Part shown: piece by piece, positions 9,401 to 18,720 of the stretch
Layout: each line of letters begins with the position of its first letter
Numbering within the stretch: the first letter of the stretch is position 1
Notes under the pieces: model-generated
Told to the model about the DNA's origin: nothing
The model's input: only the letters and a program-made list of their open reading frames with translations
The model's database searches: none
Translations under genes and position numbers: made by a program
From: a virus
Direction: 5' to 3' (one strand)
DNA: 64,000 nucleotides
IMG/VR virus record: IMGVR_UViG_3300019776_000693
Span: 32,001-96,000 of that record

Positions 9401-11507
9401 ACTCATAAGTTAACGCCTGTTTTAAAATATCAGACGCTTGCTCTTTGGAAACTTTACTTCCTAATTTTTTAGTTACTTCTTCTAATTCTCCATTTCTTAC
9501 TTTACTTCCAATGATAAAATTAGAAAATTCATTTATTCTTTTATAGTTTTTATATTGAGATTGTAATTCTTCTTTCATTGAAGCTTTAACTTCTTGTGCT
9601 TGCTCTAAAGAAATACCTTGATTATTAGCTATTTGATTTTCATCTAATAAATCTATTTGGTTTTCTAAAAGACCTACTTGCTCATCTAAGAAATTTAAAG
9701 CATTTCCTCTTTGAAATTGAGCGTGTAAAGCAAAAGCTCTTGCTTGTTGTCCTCCTAATAAGTCTCCTTTTCTTTTAGCATTTTCTTCGGCTTTATTTGA
9801 AGCTAAAACACGATTTGCCATAATCATGTTTTCAATGGCTACTTTGGAGGTATAATTAGAGTTTTTACCGAATTCTTTTTCTATTTCTTCATTTCTTCTT
9901 TTTTGCGCCGTAAATTCATGGTCAAAGTTTAATCCTTTAGTACTATACATTCCTGTCATATTACCTGCTAAAGCACCTACAAGCATCCCTGTAAACACTT
10001 CATTAAGCCCTTCTTTTGTAGAATAAACATCACCAAAAGATTTAGTAAATGATTCAACTAAACCATAATTTTCTTTTGCATAATTTTTATCATACGAACT
10101 TTTAATCATATAATCTGCTGTACGACTACCAACAGATTGCAAACCTTCTTCAAAAGCTCCTTCTACTAAAGCACCTTTACCAAAAGTTGACCAACCTATT
10201 TGCAGACCTTTTTGAAATCTTGAGGCTTGGATAGTTTCTACTGCTCCGTCTACCACTTTAGTACCTACTCCAAAAATAGATTTATTTAATGATTCTGTAA
10301 TTCCTGTTTTAGGAAGTTTAAAATTCATTAATTTGCTAAATTGAGCTAAATTTGAAGCCCCTACTAAAGCTAAATTATATGTAAATAGTCCATTAGCTGT
10401 TGATTTTAATTTATCTTCAAAATCTGACAACTCTTCTGCCTCAGGTTCTCTACCATTTTGTTTTTTAAATTGTTCTTTAAAATCTCTTCTAGCTTCATTC
10501 ATGTACGCACGAGCTTCAAATCCTGCTTCGTACCCTGCACTAGTAACTACACTTCTTGTTATGTTTAGAGCTTCTCCTGCTCTTCCTCCGTAAATACCTC
10601 CTTTAAGACCTAATAATGAGTTTCTTGTCGCTAAAGACGGTAAGATAACTGCTTCTTGTTTAGCTACTTTTGCCAATCTTGTTACATCATCTAAATACTT
10701 AGTTGCGTCTAAAGTTTTGTCTGTAATTCTGCCTGCTTTCCCTAATATATTAGCTATTATTGTACCTAATCTTGTTCCTGTTGTTGATAAACTTGTACCT
10801 CCTGTTACAGTAGCCCATATTCCTTCTGTAACTAGAGCTCCTGTGGTAAATGCTAATCCTTGAAATATATCATCAAAAATAAGATTAGCAGTTCCTTTAC
10901 CCATAAAATCTTGTTTATTTTGAGCAGAAATGTAATTAGCATAATCTACATTCATTTTTTCTTGATGTAAATCTAAAGCTTTATTAAAGTCATTATCATA
11001 AAGGGCAGAAAAACTACCCTCTTTAATCATATTACCAATTCCATATAAAGCTCCTAATGTACCTCCTATAATACCTACTCCAGTAGTATCTGCAAACTTA
11101 ATCAACCCATTTTCTGCTTTATCCCATACAGATTGACTTTTAGCATAATTCTCATAATTATTTATTCCTGGAGTGTATGTTTCAAATTTTTTATACATAC
11201 TACCATCAGAAAGTTCTTGATACAATTCTCCTACATTATAATTTCTTGTCGTCCAAGATAATTTAGGATTATTTTCTTCAATTCTTTTTCCAAAAGCTAA
11301 TCTAGGGTCTCCCGAAGCAGATACTTTATTTATTCTGTTTTGAATCTCTGCTTTTTTACTTTCTAATGCGGAAGATTTACTAAATTCATTTATAGCTTGT
11401 AATGATTCAGTAGATAAAGAAGAAGGAGGATATGTTTCCTCCAACGACTTTTTAAATATATCAAAATTTTGATTGGCTAATTCTTTTCCGTCTATTTCTC
11501 CAAACAT
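6486..11507 (-). CDS. 1673-aa internal virion/DNA-ejection protein with hydrophobic Gly-rich segments and a coiled coil
   Basis: ORF track; GVGIIGGTLGALYGIG, GLAFTTGALVTEGIW and VFTGMLVGALAGNM segments; position among crAss-like cargo genes. Confidence 0.7.
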   Translation of the reverse strand: MFGEIDGKELANQNFDIFKKSLEETYPPSSLSTESLQAINEFSKSSALESKKAEIQNRINKVSASGDPRLAFGKRIEENNPKLSWTTRNYNVGELYQELSDGSMYKKFETYTPGINNYENYAKSQSVWDKAENGLIKFADTTGVGIIGGTLGALYGIGNMIKEGSFSALYDNDFNKALDLHQEKMNVDYANYISAQNKQDFMGKGTANLIFDDIFQGLAFTTGALVTEGIWATVTGGTSLSTTGTRLGTIIANILGKAGRITDKTLDATKYLDDVTRLAKVAKQEAVILPSLATRNSLLGLKGGIYGGRAGEALNITRSVVTSAGYEAGFEARAYMNEARRDFKEQFKKQNGREPEAEELSDFEDKLKSTANGLFTYNLALVGASNLAQFSKLMNFKLPKTGITESLNKSIFGVGTKVVDGAVETIQASRFQKGLQIGWSTFGKGALVEGAFEEGLQSVGSRTADYMIKSSYDKNYAKENYGLVESFTKSFGDVYSTKEGLNEVFTGMLVGALAGNMTGMYSTKGLNFDHEFTAQKRRNEEIEKEFGKNSNYTSKVAIENMIMANRVLASNKAEENAKRKGDLLGGQQARAFALHAQFQRGNALNFLDEQVGLLENQIDLLDENQIANNQGISLEQAQEVKASMKEELQSQYKNYKRINEFSNFIIGSKVRNGELEEVTKKLGSKVSKEQASDILKQALTYELFMGENAYKHADEMLGAFHNELQNSFGSTRVSKSFEIADVIKKSTTATKRKLNETKKELGNVQKELQNTEKTFRDLQAIVEKATTPEERQTALNNLNELTQKRDELSQKEIELNNSWNVLYKSAKLENPLGQNKDEIISNDELNNLDKNIQETLSSIEQLRNANPEKAERLTVLLNEYEKSLGAWKKYSERTNQMINIDLGRRSPLSQLLLRKTTPNEDALEMIKSLMDTHFEKDNAEVEITKNKIKEVTEKSKQKDGVSIRPQESIDNKQNLVQYITDLIKNNPYLFEQVGENFDQTLPTDEELIEYIELYSPVLNDPSFDNKEFTYNNLQLDLFKKYLNQEEIDRLVELNTKFANWQLLEGAVYDGVSIAELIQQQIVLNKEITKPTDEGVLTEEDVEKLEDLEDKDRRFDILQTPQNVFVRQDKGDVIISHMTPNQLLEAQGQIEAILTKSGAKSSKRVSINDRIKVEEGDVISYGNTNVRVLKGGKLVIKKDAFNLPFRKTKSGYSIVYLNGEPMKSEFTDVDTYSAQEIYNLKNGDELTAIIDLQDSYNSTLVNSDKSEQEIKDNLKISFYDTNGNKVADLKANYGGEDNTSFLTFREKAYDLLNSSGNTRIELGYVDVQTVFLGAPNIVLDDSGKIKEFDIVNPERVLDYGVWDGAKTNLRGATKGVRTDFLKGLNKNLPIIILQEGNIKFAYPVALKTIDKNIGTEIMERGLPKAQLAIEMNRQLKLNGINSELFYISEDNNNMFQPDGKTSEELEIAIEQLNKLQDKVEYSTAWFEKGHNKEQLTKEISVNLDVEKPMLLSPKIVIDYNTLVNAKNEIQTEEKISQEINDLFEARKELSKIGRNIPTSVTESTFKFEGANFNYITDNEGNTYSMSVSNKKFSKLVEDYNSYSEGIKDQVLSQIKKMATNRGKNFFSVYNEKNKKINELENKINSDFLLKAEYDDIIQLQEDKKKESSKSKKEC

Positions 11508-13990
11508 TACTTAAGGGTTTGTTTTATAGTTTCTTTTGTTGCATATTCATCAGAAATTTCTTTACTTAATTCGTATAAAGTGAATTGAGCAGGAAATATT
11601 TGTTGAGCATGAAAATATTCTTTATTTATAGAATCGCTTGTAAATTCTTTTGTCTCCCCATTGATTTTTAAATTCCAAGCACTGTTCATAGGTACTAAAT
11701 CTGCTCTTACTGCTTTTCTAGCTACTTTATCAACTATATTTGCTGACATATTTTGTGCTTCTTGTTCTGAAAATCCTTTTTGTTGTAAAATTATAGAGAA
11801 CATATCAATAGCATCTTGCTTACTTGCAAATGTTTTTAAACCGTTAGCTAATTCTATATCTTTTATTGTACTATCTATATTTTTATATGTACTTGATATT
11901 TGCTTTCTTTCTTTTAATCCATCATACACTCTATGTTCTTTTGAAGCAAATATTGGCTTACCTTTTTCAAAATCAGAGGCTTTTAAACTTCTTTCATTAT
12001 CATCAATAGATAATTCTAGTTGACTTGCTAGAGCAGAGCCTTTTATTGGAACTATTGCTTTTGCAATTTTTACATTTCCTTTTGAATCAACTCCTTGATA
12101 TTCTGTTAACTCTAAAGTTCCTTCTTCTGTATTTTTTTTAACTGTTATATTAGCTTTTTCAGAAAATTTTTGACCCGATAACGCATCTGAAGGTACTAAT
12201 TTTAAAACTTTTTGAGCACTGTCTCCTGAAATAGTTATAACATTTTTTTGTAAAATATATTCAGATTCAGGTATGTCTTTTAAATTTTTACCAATATCCT
12301 CAGTGGTTGGTTCTGTTGCTTGTCCATAAACTGGGACATCTTGATATTGAGGTATACCTTTAACAGAAGAAGGTATTTGTTGTTTTCTATATCCAACTAT
12401 AACTCTTCTAGGTACAAAATTTTTCTGTGCTTTTACTTCCGCCTCTTTTAATAATTTTGCGATGCGTCTTCTTTGGATATCTGCTTCTACTACTTCTGCT
12501 TCAACTTGAGCACCGTTAGCACTTTCTATATCCATTCGTGATTCATAAAAAGCTTTTATAGAAGCATCTGCTTTAGATGCTGTAACTCCTTTTCTTAATG
12601 TAAAATCATCTGTTTTTGGGTTATAATCAAAACCTGATTTTTTCATAGAAGCTATATAACCAATTTTAGTATCTCCTTCGGGTAAATTTTTAAATGCTTC
12701 TGTTGTATTATTAACTACAGTGTTATAACCGTCGTTATATGCTTTTTTAACTTGTCCATAAACATCTAAATCAGGAACAACTTGATTCAATTCAGGATTT
12801 AAAGCTATATCGGAAAGTGGAATGGCTTGGTCATAAGTGCCATTAGCTGTTCTTTTTAAACCTTTTTGTAAAGCCTCTGCTTCTTTTAACGCTAATGCTC
12901 TGTCTGCTCTTACATCATCTCTGTATGCTTTAGCTATATCTTCTTTTGCTTTCCATACATCATTAACTTCATAAGTTTCATTAATTCTAGCTCCTGCAAG
13001 CTCTGAAAATGTGTTTACAAGTTGGTTCTTTTTTAATAAATATCCTATATTATCTACTGATAAATTATCTATATTATTTAAGTTTTGAGTATAGCTATCT
13101 CTTCTACTTTCAAGAATATTTTTTTGTCTTGTAGCGTCTTCTACTTTATCTTTTGTGACATTTGCTTTTATAGTAGCTTCTTGAATTGCGATTTCATCAT
13201 TCATTCTATCTATACTTGTAGTAAGCATATCTCTGAAATCTTTTTTTGCTTCTGCGGGATTTGTTTTATATTCTCCCCATCCGTCAATAACTAATTGTTG
13301 TTCTGTCTCTGTATCGATTATACCTGGAATATATTTTAAGATTTCATCTGATGTAAGTCCGTTTATTTTTCTTACTGTTTTTTTTGCAGGGTCATTAGGG
13401 TCTACAATTTCAACAGTTTGTTCTCCTTTCAATTGCTTATATTTCAAAGCTTTTTCTGTCATTTTTTCTATTGGGTCACCTGCATAAGGAACATAAGATA
13501 AAGTGCCTAATTTAGTATCTACATTTCCACTTAAATAATTATTAAGCCCTGCTTGATATTTAGCATATTCATAATTATTTTGATTAAATGATTTTGGGTC
13601 TTTTTCTTTTAATTTTGCTACTCCTGCTTCAAAATTTTGAATATCTTGAGCATATTTCATGTGAGTTTTTACTTTATCATCAATGGCAGAAGTGATATAT
13701 CTACTTAATTCTGTTGTAACTGAATTACTTAATAATCCTCGTCCTGCACTTGCTTTTAGGTTAGCATTTACTAAATTTAAAGCTCCTTGTACTTTATCTC
13801 CTAAATATTTTTTAGCATCTTCTTGTAATAAAGGAATAGAGGAGACTTTAGAAACAAGTTCCTCTAATTTTGCTGTATTTACATCAAATTTTTGTTGTAG
13901 TGCCCCTTGAACCTGTCCACTTAGTAAAGCATCTTGTAGATAATTTACAGGTTGTCCAAAATTTTTAGGAATATATTCGCCAAATGACAT
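11507..13990 (-). CDS. 827-aa putative internal virion protein
   Basis: ORF track; TAATG coupling with the 1673-aa gene; promoter at 14008. Confidence 0.65.
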   Translation of the reverse strand: MSFGEYIPKNFGQPVNYLQDALLSGQVQGALQQKFDVNTAKLEELVSKVSSIPLLQEDAKKYLGDKVQGALNLVNANLKASAGRGLLSNSVTTELSRYITSAIDDKVKTHMKYAQDIQNFEAGVAKLKEKDPKSFNQNNYEYAKYQAGLNNYLSGNVDTKLGTLSYVPYAGDPIEKMTEKALKYKQLKGEQTVEIVDPNDPAKKTVRKINGLTSDEILKYIPGIIDTETEQQLVIDGWGEYKTNPAEAKKDFRDMLTTSIDRMNDEIAIQEATIKANVTKDKVEDATRQKNILESRRDSYTQNLNNIDNLSVDNIGYLLKKNQLVNTFSELAGARINETYEVNDVWKAKEDIAKAYRDDVRADRALALKEAEALQKGLKRTANGTYDQAIPLSDIALNPELNQVVPDLDVYGQVKKAYNDGYNTVVNNTTEAFKNLPEGDTKIGYIASMKKSGFDYNPKTDDFTLRKGVTASKADASIKAFYESRMDIESANGAQVEAEVVEADIQRRRIAKLLKEAEVKAQKNFVPRRVIVGYRKQQIPSSVKGIPQYQDVPVYGQATEPTTEDIGKNLKDIPESEYILQKNVITISGDSAQKVLKLVPSDALSGQKFSEKANITVKKNTEEGTLELTEYQGVDSKGNVKIAKAIVPIKGSALASQLELSIDDNERSLKASDFEKGKPIFASKEHRVYDGLKERKQISSTYKNIDSTIKDIELANGLKTFASKQDAIDMFSIILQQKGFSEQEAQNMSANIVDKVARKAVRADLVPMNSAWNLKINGETKEFTSDSINKEYFHAQQIFPAQFTLYELSKEISDEYATKETIKQTLK

Positions 13991-14007
13991 AGTTTTCTAT
14001 ATTTTTA

Positions 14008-14039
14008 CAAAGATAAAGAAATTATAATTAATTTCCAAA
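14008..14039 (-). promoter_or_regulatory. Bacteroidota-type promoter (TTTG-N20-TATCTTTG)
   Basis: CAAAGATA 14008-14015 and CAAA 14036-14039 on the + strand. Confidence 0.7.
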
Positions 14040-15785
14040 TCTATTTTTATTAAATTTACCTCCTTTTTTCAGAGTTATAGGTTTTTGTATTTGAGGGGTA
14101 TTAATTACTTGATACGTAGAACCATCGTAAGAAATATCGGGATTCAAAACATTGTTACGGTTTAGTTGATTAATATACATCCATTTTTGAAAATTATCTT
14201 GGAATCTTATATTACTTTGATTCTGCAAATCAGCTTCATATCCTTCCAACTCTCTTCCCATTAAACTTTGATATTGTGCAGCAGATTGTGCATCAGCCAA
14301 ACTTTGTCTTGTTTTAACTTGAGCATCTTCGTAACTTTCTCTTTCTCTTGCTTGCGCATTATATCTCGAAGTTTCTGCAATAATTTTAGAAACTGCTTGT
14401 GCATTATTTGCATCCATAGAAGATAAAGTTGCAGCTTTTTGAGCATCAGGAAGTTGGTCTATTTGATTCTCAGTAGCCATTCTACTTCTATTTATTTCAG
14501 ACAATGCTTGCTCAGGATTTATTTCTACTCTTTCTCCTGAATAAATTCTTGGTTGAAATTTTAAAGGTGCTCTAAAAGTAGGGTTTAATAAATCTCTTTC
14601 TGGTAATAATACCATTCCTAATCTCTTAGCTCCCTCCTCTGTTTTAGGTATGTTTGTTGCTTTTTCTTCTTCTGTCGGTATTTTGGCTAAATTTAAATTT
14701 GGTGCGGTTGGTGTTAAACTGATGTTACTTGGTTCAGGTTTTACCGTTTCTGATGAAGCTACCATTGGATAACGCCAATCCCATTTATTATCTTGAAATT
14801 GTTCTAACCAAAAATTATCATCTACTCCCACTGTTTTAGCTAAAGCATCTTTTTCTTCTGGTGTGAAATTAGTCGAATCTCTATTTACATCTAAACCTAG
14901 CTGTTTAAAAGCATCGGGATTAGATTGTTTTAGTATATCTACTCCTTTTGCTGTCATTGGTTGTCCGCTATCTTTAAAATAAGAAACCACTGCTTGAGGA
15001 TTATTAGCTACCATAAATTTTTGTAACTTACCCGCCTCTTGTCCTAAATCACCTTTTAAGTTTAAATCTCCTTCATATCCTAAAGCTACAGATTGATTAT
15101 AAAAATCTTTTAATCTCTCTTTTTGCTGTTCTCCTCCATACTGAAATTTACCGTTTTTATTCTCTTTATCTTTTTTTACGGCTTCTTGTGCAGTGTATAA
15201 AAGATTAAACATTTCTTGTTTAGGTTGCTCTAATTCTTGAAGTTTTTCTCCATATTCTCTGATTTCATCCATCAAAATTTCCTGATTCAAAGCTAAAGTA
15301 GTTTCATCATCTACTTTTTGTTTTTGTTCATCAAGTTCTTTAATATATTTTTCAGCTTCTTCTGTTGCTTCTGTATGTCCTATTTTCTTTAAATATTTAT
15401 CGAGTACTTGAGAGTAAGTATCAGTAGCTTTTATTTTAATTTCAAATTCTTTAGTTAATTTTTTAGCTAATTCTCCACCTACTTTTAAGTGATTAGATAA
15501 TACTCTTGACCCATCTTCCAGATTAGTTTTTATACCACCTTGTTCGTGACTTTCTCCTTCTGCTTTTTTAACGCCTGAAGTATCTTTAACGTATTCTCCA
15601 TCTTCGATTTCGCTATTAGCCATATCCTCAGCATGTTCAGGAAGTTCTCTGATAAACTGACCTGTCATATCTTTATACATCTCTTTTTTTTCTCCTCCAT
15701 TTTGGAAGAAAATTTGTTCAAAGATATTTTTCGGTATTGAAATTGTTTTACTCATAGCTAATTTCGTAATCACCTGTTTGTTCAT
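14028..15785 (-). CDS. 585-aa putative internal virion protein (HEQGG motif, coiled coil, xxxGG motifs)
   Basis: ORF track; AEIEDGEY...GESHEQGG motif typical of crAss-like cargo proteins. Confidence 0.65.
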   Translation of the reverse strand: MNKQVITKLAMSKTISIPKNIFEQIFFQNGGEKKEMYKDMTGQFIRELPEHAEDMANSEIEDGEYVKDTSGVKKAEGESHEQGGIKTNLEDGSRVLSNHLKVGGELAKKLTKEFEIKIKATDTYSQVLDKYLKKIGHTEATEEAEKYIKELDEQKQKVDDETTLALNQEILMDEIREYGEKLQELEQPKQEMFNLLYTAQEAVKKDKENKNGKFQYGGEQQKERLKDFYNQSVALGYEGDLNLKGDLGQEAGKLQKFMVANNPQAVVSYFKDSGQPMTAKGVDILKQSNPDAFKQLGLDVNRDSTNFTPEEKDALAKTVGVDDNFWLEQFQDNKWDWRYPMVASSETVKPEPSNISLTPTAPNLNLAKIPTEEEKATNIPKTEEGAKRLGMVLLPERDLLNPTFRAPLKFQPRIYSGERVEINPEQALSEINRSRMATENQIDQLPDAQKAATLSSMDANNAQAVSKIIAETSRYNAQARERESYEDAQVKTRQSLADAQSAAQYQSLMGRELEGYEADLQNQSNIRFQDNFQKWMYINQLNRNNVLNPDISYDGSTYQVINTPQIQKPITLKKGGKFNKNRFGN

Positions 15786-17076
15786 TCAACTTATATCCTG
15801 TTATTTTCTTACCAATTAATTGGGAAATGTATTCACCTCCATCTTTCATTTGTGGAATCTCTTGTTGTTGCATAGGTTGACCTTGTTGCATAGCAGATTG
15901 AATAATTTGTTGAATTTGGTCTTGTGGAACACCCATTTGCATTAACTGTTGAGCTATTTCTTCGGGAGAAATTCCACTATTTAATGCTTCTATAACCATT
16001 TGTAGTACTTGTTGAGGGTCAGGGGGTGGTAATTGTTCTCCACCATTTTGATAAAATCCTGTCATTGCATCCCTTTGGTTATTATAATAAGTTTTCAAAG
16101 CTTCATTTTTAACTCTTTCTTGTCCTATACCTGAAAAAATATTTCTAGCTGTTCCTGTTGCTACTTTTAGTGCTCCTGCAACTGTTTCTAAAGGGCTTCC
16201 TGATTCTATTCCTCTTCCTAATGCTTGTGCTCCTCCTGCTAAATCAACATCGCTATACGGATTAAAAAACTGATAAGGTTGATTAAAATTTGGAGTAGTG
16301 TTTTGATTATTTACTACATTGTTATTAGTATTTGTTGTTTGTTCAGGTGATAAAGATATTAAATTATTTTGTGCTTGTGTGGTGAATAAAGGAGGATTTT
16401 GGTCATACCAACCCCCATCTTGATAAGAAGCGATAGGATTAGAGTTAAAATTAGGTTCTTTTTTAGAAGACATATAATTTCTATAATTACTCATTTTTTG
16501 AAAATCTTTTTCTCCTTGTGCATCTAAATAATCCACAGAGCCGTCATTATAATAAACCTTAGTATAATTTCCTTCTGGTAATCCTTGTTTTGGTTTATTA
16601 GTTTGCACATTATATTTTATATCACGTATTGATTTTTGTTGTGCAAAAGTTGGTTTATCATATTCACCATAAAGTTTTGTAGGTACAAAAGGTGTATTTG
16701 AATTTATTCTGTTTGTATAATCGTTATATGCTTTAGTATCTTTCATCAAATTAAAAGCCTCATTTTTCACAAATTCAGAATCCCTATCTGCTAAAAATTG
16801 TGGGTCTGATGGGTCTCTATAAAAAACTTTTACACCTTCACCCATAGAAGGATTAAATACATTTGGTTGTATATTATAAATGTTTTTTAAATTAGATTGC
16901 AAACCACCGTCTTGGTGTTTATTATGCTTTTGATTATACATAGAATAAGCTATTGCAACAGCTCTGTCTTTTTCATAGCCTTCGTTAATTAAAACACCTA
17001 TTTTGTGACTAATCCATTCGCTTTTATTTCCACCTTCTTTATATGTATCTATTTTAAATCTGTTATTTTTTTTCAT
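15748..17076 (-). CDS. 442-aa modular low-complexity virion protein with five [YHM][QK]xGG motifs
   Basis: ORF track; YKEGG, HQDGG, YQDGG, YQNGG and MKDGG delimit short modules, including a Q/M-rich one. Confidence 0.65.
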   Translation of the reverse strand: MKKNNRFKIDTYKEGGNKSEWISHKIGVLINEGYEKDRAVAIAYSMYNQKHNKHQDGGLQSNLKNIYNIQPNVFNPSMGEGVKVFYRDPSDPQFLADRDSEFVKNEAFNLMKDTKAYNDYTNRINSNTPFVPTKLYGEYDKPTFAQQKSIRDIKYNVQTNKPKQGLPEGNYTKVYYNDGSVDYLDAQGEKDFQKMSNYRNYMSSKKEPNFNSNPIASYQDGGWYDQNPPLFTTQAQNNLISLSPEQTTNTNNNVVNNQNTTPNFNQPYQFFNPYSDVDLAGGAQALGRGIESGSPLETVAGALKVATGTARNIFSGIGQERVKNEALKTYYNNQRDAMTGFYQNGGEQLPPPDPQQVLQMVIEALNSGISPEEIAQQLMQMGVPQDQIQQIIQSAMQQGQPMQQQEIPQMKDGGEYISQLIGKKITGYKLNEQTGDYEISYE

Positions 17077-17105
17077 TTTTTAGAATATAATAATTTAATG
17101 CTATT

Positions 17106-18650
17106 TTAAATATCTGAAGCGGGTGATTCAAGTATACTATTTGTATTTTTAAAGAAATATTTATTATTTGGTAACATTAATTTTGTTTCTAACGTCTCTA
17201 AAGAAGTTCCTAAAATAGGATAATTAATGTTTTTCATTGTTATACTTCCATCAGTAGGAACTTGTACAATTTGATTTGGGTAATCATACATTCCTCTTGA
17301 ACTTATTGGAATTTGACCTCCATTTTTTGCTATAAATTCTTTAGGTTTATTTTCTACTGATACTGTTTTATTTAATAAATTTAAAAGTTGTTCATCATTA
17401 AACATATCTAATTTGAATAACTCTTTATTTTTACTGTTTTTTAACTTTTCTGGGTCAATTATTTCATTAGGTTTATATTTATTAAACTGTCTAAATTGCA
17501 TTAATCTTGAATGTACTTCTGATGGGTCTAATAAATAATTACCTTGTGCTCCTAAATTTTTAACTTTACTTTCAGTTTCTTCTGATATATTTTTATAAAT
17601 AGGGTCAGATATAAATTTTACTGTATCCTTTGCTGATAATTGGTCTTGTATATAATGATTTATTTCATGCGGTAGTATTCCTGGAAAACTTTGATAATTT
17701 GGACTTAAAAGTACTTCTTTACTAGAAGGGTTGAATTCTCCATAAGTGCTTTGAGGTAAATCTTCACTTATTTTAGTTACAGGGTTAAAATTAAAATTAT
17801 ATTTAGGTACTTCTATTACGTTTCCTTGTTCATCTAAAACAGTAGTTCTCCCTTGATACCAATTTTTTATAAAATCTTCATCTTCTTTTGAATAAGTCCC
17901 TCCTTCTTGAAATTCAGTTATAGGTGTATATTCTATTGGTTGTAAATCTACTTGATATAGTAATGGTGCTTCTTGATACTGTTGCTCTTGTGTAACAGTA
18001 TTTTGCATTTGTTGTTGAAACATTTGCTGTTCTTCTTGAAAGCTTTCTTCTAATAATTTTTTTGAAGCTGTTTCTTCTTTAGTTTCTTTTTGCTGTTCTT
18101 CTGTGTTAAAAACTTGTCCTACTACTATTGGTAATTTTTCGTCGATATTTGCATAACTATTGACAACTGGTTCGTCTTCAATAATTTTTTCACTTTCATT
18201 TATTGGCATATCCCAAACAGATTTTAAATAATCCATTTTTCTTGCTTTTTGTCCTCTATAAACACTACCTCCTGTTGCTTTTGGTAAAGAAGCCCATTCT
18301 CCTGATAATTTATTTATAGCTGTTTCAAACTTATTATTTAAAATATCATTTAAAGCTCCTCTTTGTTTTATTAAACCTATCGCAGCTAAATCTTGTGAAC
18401 GTGGAGAAAAATCTTTTAAACCTAGTTTTTTAGAAATTCCATCCCATGTTTTATTTAAAAATTGATATGCTCCTTCTGCCGAAGAATAGTCTTTTATACT
18501 CGGTATATAAACTTTTTGTCCTGGTTTTTTACTTAAATCTGAAAATCTTTCGCCTCCTACTCTTGTATTATAATCTGCTCCTTCGGCAGTTCTAATAACT
18601 TTAAGCATTGCTTGAATTTTAGGGTTGTTTAACAACTCTTCCTCATCCAT
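17106..18650 (-). CDS. virion-associated peptidoglycan hydrolase: lambda-type lysozyme/transglycosylase domain plus HExxH metallopeptidase-like domain
   Basis: LKVIRTAEG...SSAEGAYQFLNKTW...QDLAAIGLI...EWASLP (lambda R-like); ILPHEINHYIQ...EVHSRL. Start moved to MDEEELL (18650) because a promoter lies at 18685-18692. Confidence 0.8.
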   Translation of the reverse strand: MDEEELLNNPKIQAMLKVIRTAEGADYNTRVGGERFSDLSKKPGQKVYIPSIKDYSSAEGAYQFLNKTWDGISKKLGLKDFSPRSQDLAAIGLIKQRGALNDILNNKFETAINKLSGEWASLPKATGGSVYRGQKARKMDYLKSVWDMPINESEKIIEDEPVVNSYANIDEKLPIVVGQVFNTEEQQKETKEETASKKLLEESFQEEQQMFQQQMQNTVTQEQQYQEAPLLYQVDLQPIEYTPITEFQEGGTYSKEDEDFIKNWYQGRTTVLDEQGNVIEVPKYNFNFNPVTKISEDLPQSTYGEFNPSSKEVLLSPNYQSFPGILPHEINHYIQDQLSAKDTVKFISDPIYKNISEETESKVKNLGAQGNYLLDPSEVHSRLMQFRQFNKYKPNEIIDPEKLKNSKNKELFKLDMFNDEQLLNLLNKTVSVENKPKEFIAKNGGQIPISSRGMYDYPNQIVQVPTDGSITMKNINYPILGTSLETLETKLMLPNNKYFFKNTNSILESPASDI

Positions 18651-18684
18651 ATAAAAAATGCCCCTTAAATTAAACATTAAGAGG

Positions 18685-18692
18685 CAAAAATA
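18685..18692 (-). promoter_or_regulatory. -7 promoter element TATTTTTG
   Basis: CAAAAATA on the + strand, about 35 nt upstream of MDEEELL. Confidence 0.55.
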
Positions 18693-18720
18693 CAAAAAAG
18701 TTAATAATTTTTAAAATAAG

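Noticed and set aside
15830-16040. CAA/TTG-rich simple repeat
   Set aside because: It encodes the Gln/Met-rich module of the 442-aa protein and is not a DNA-level repeat element.
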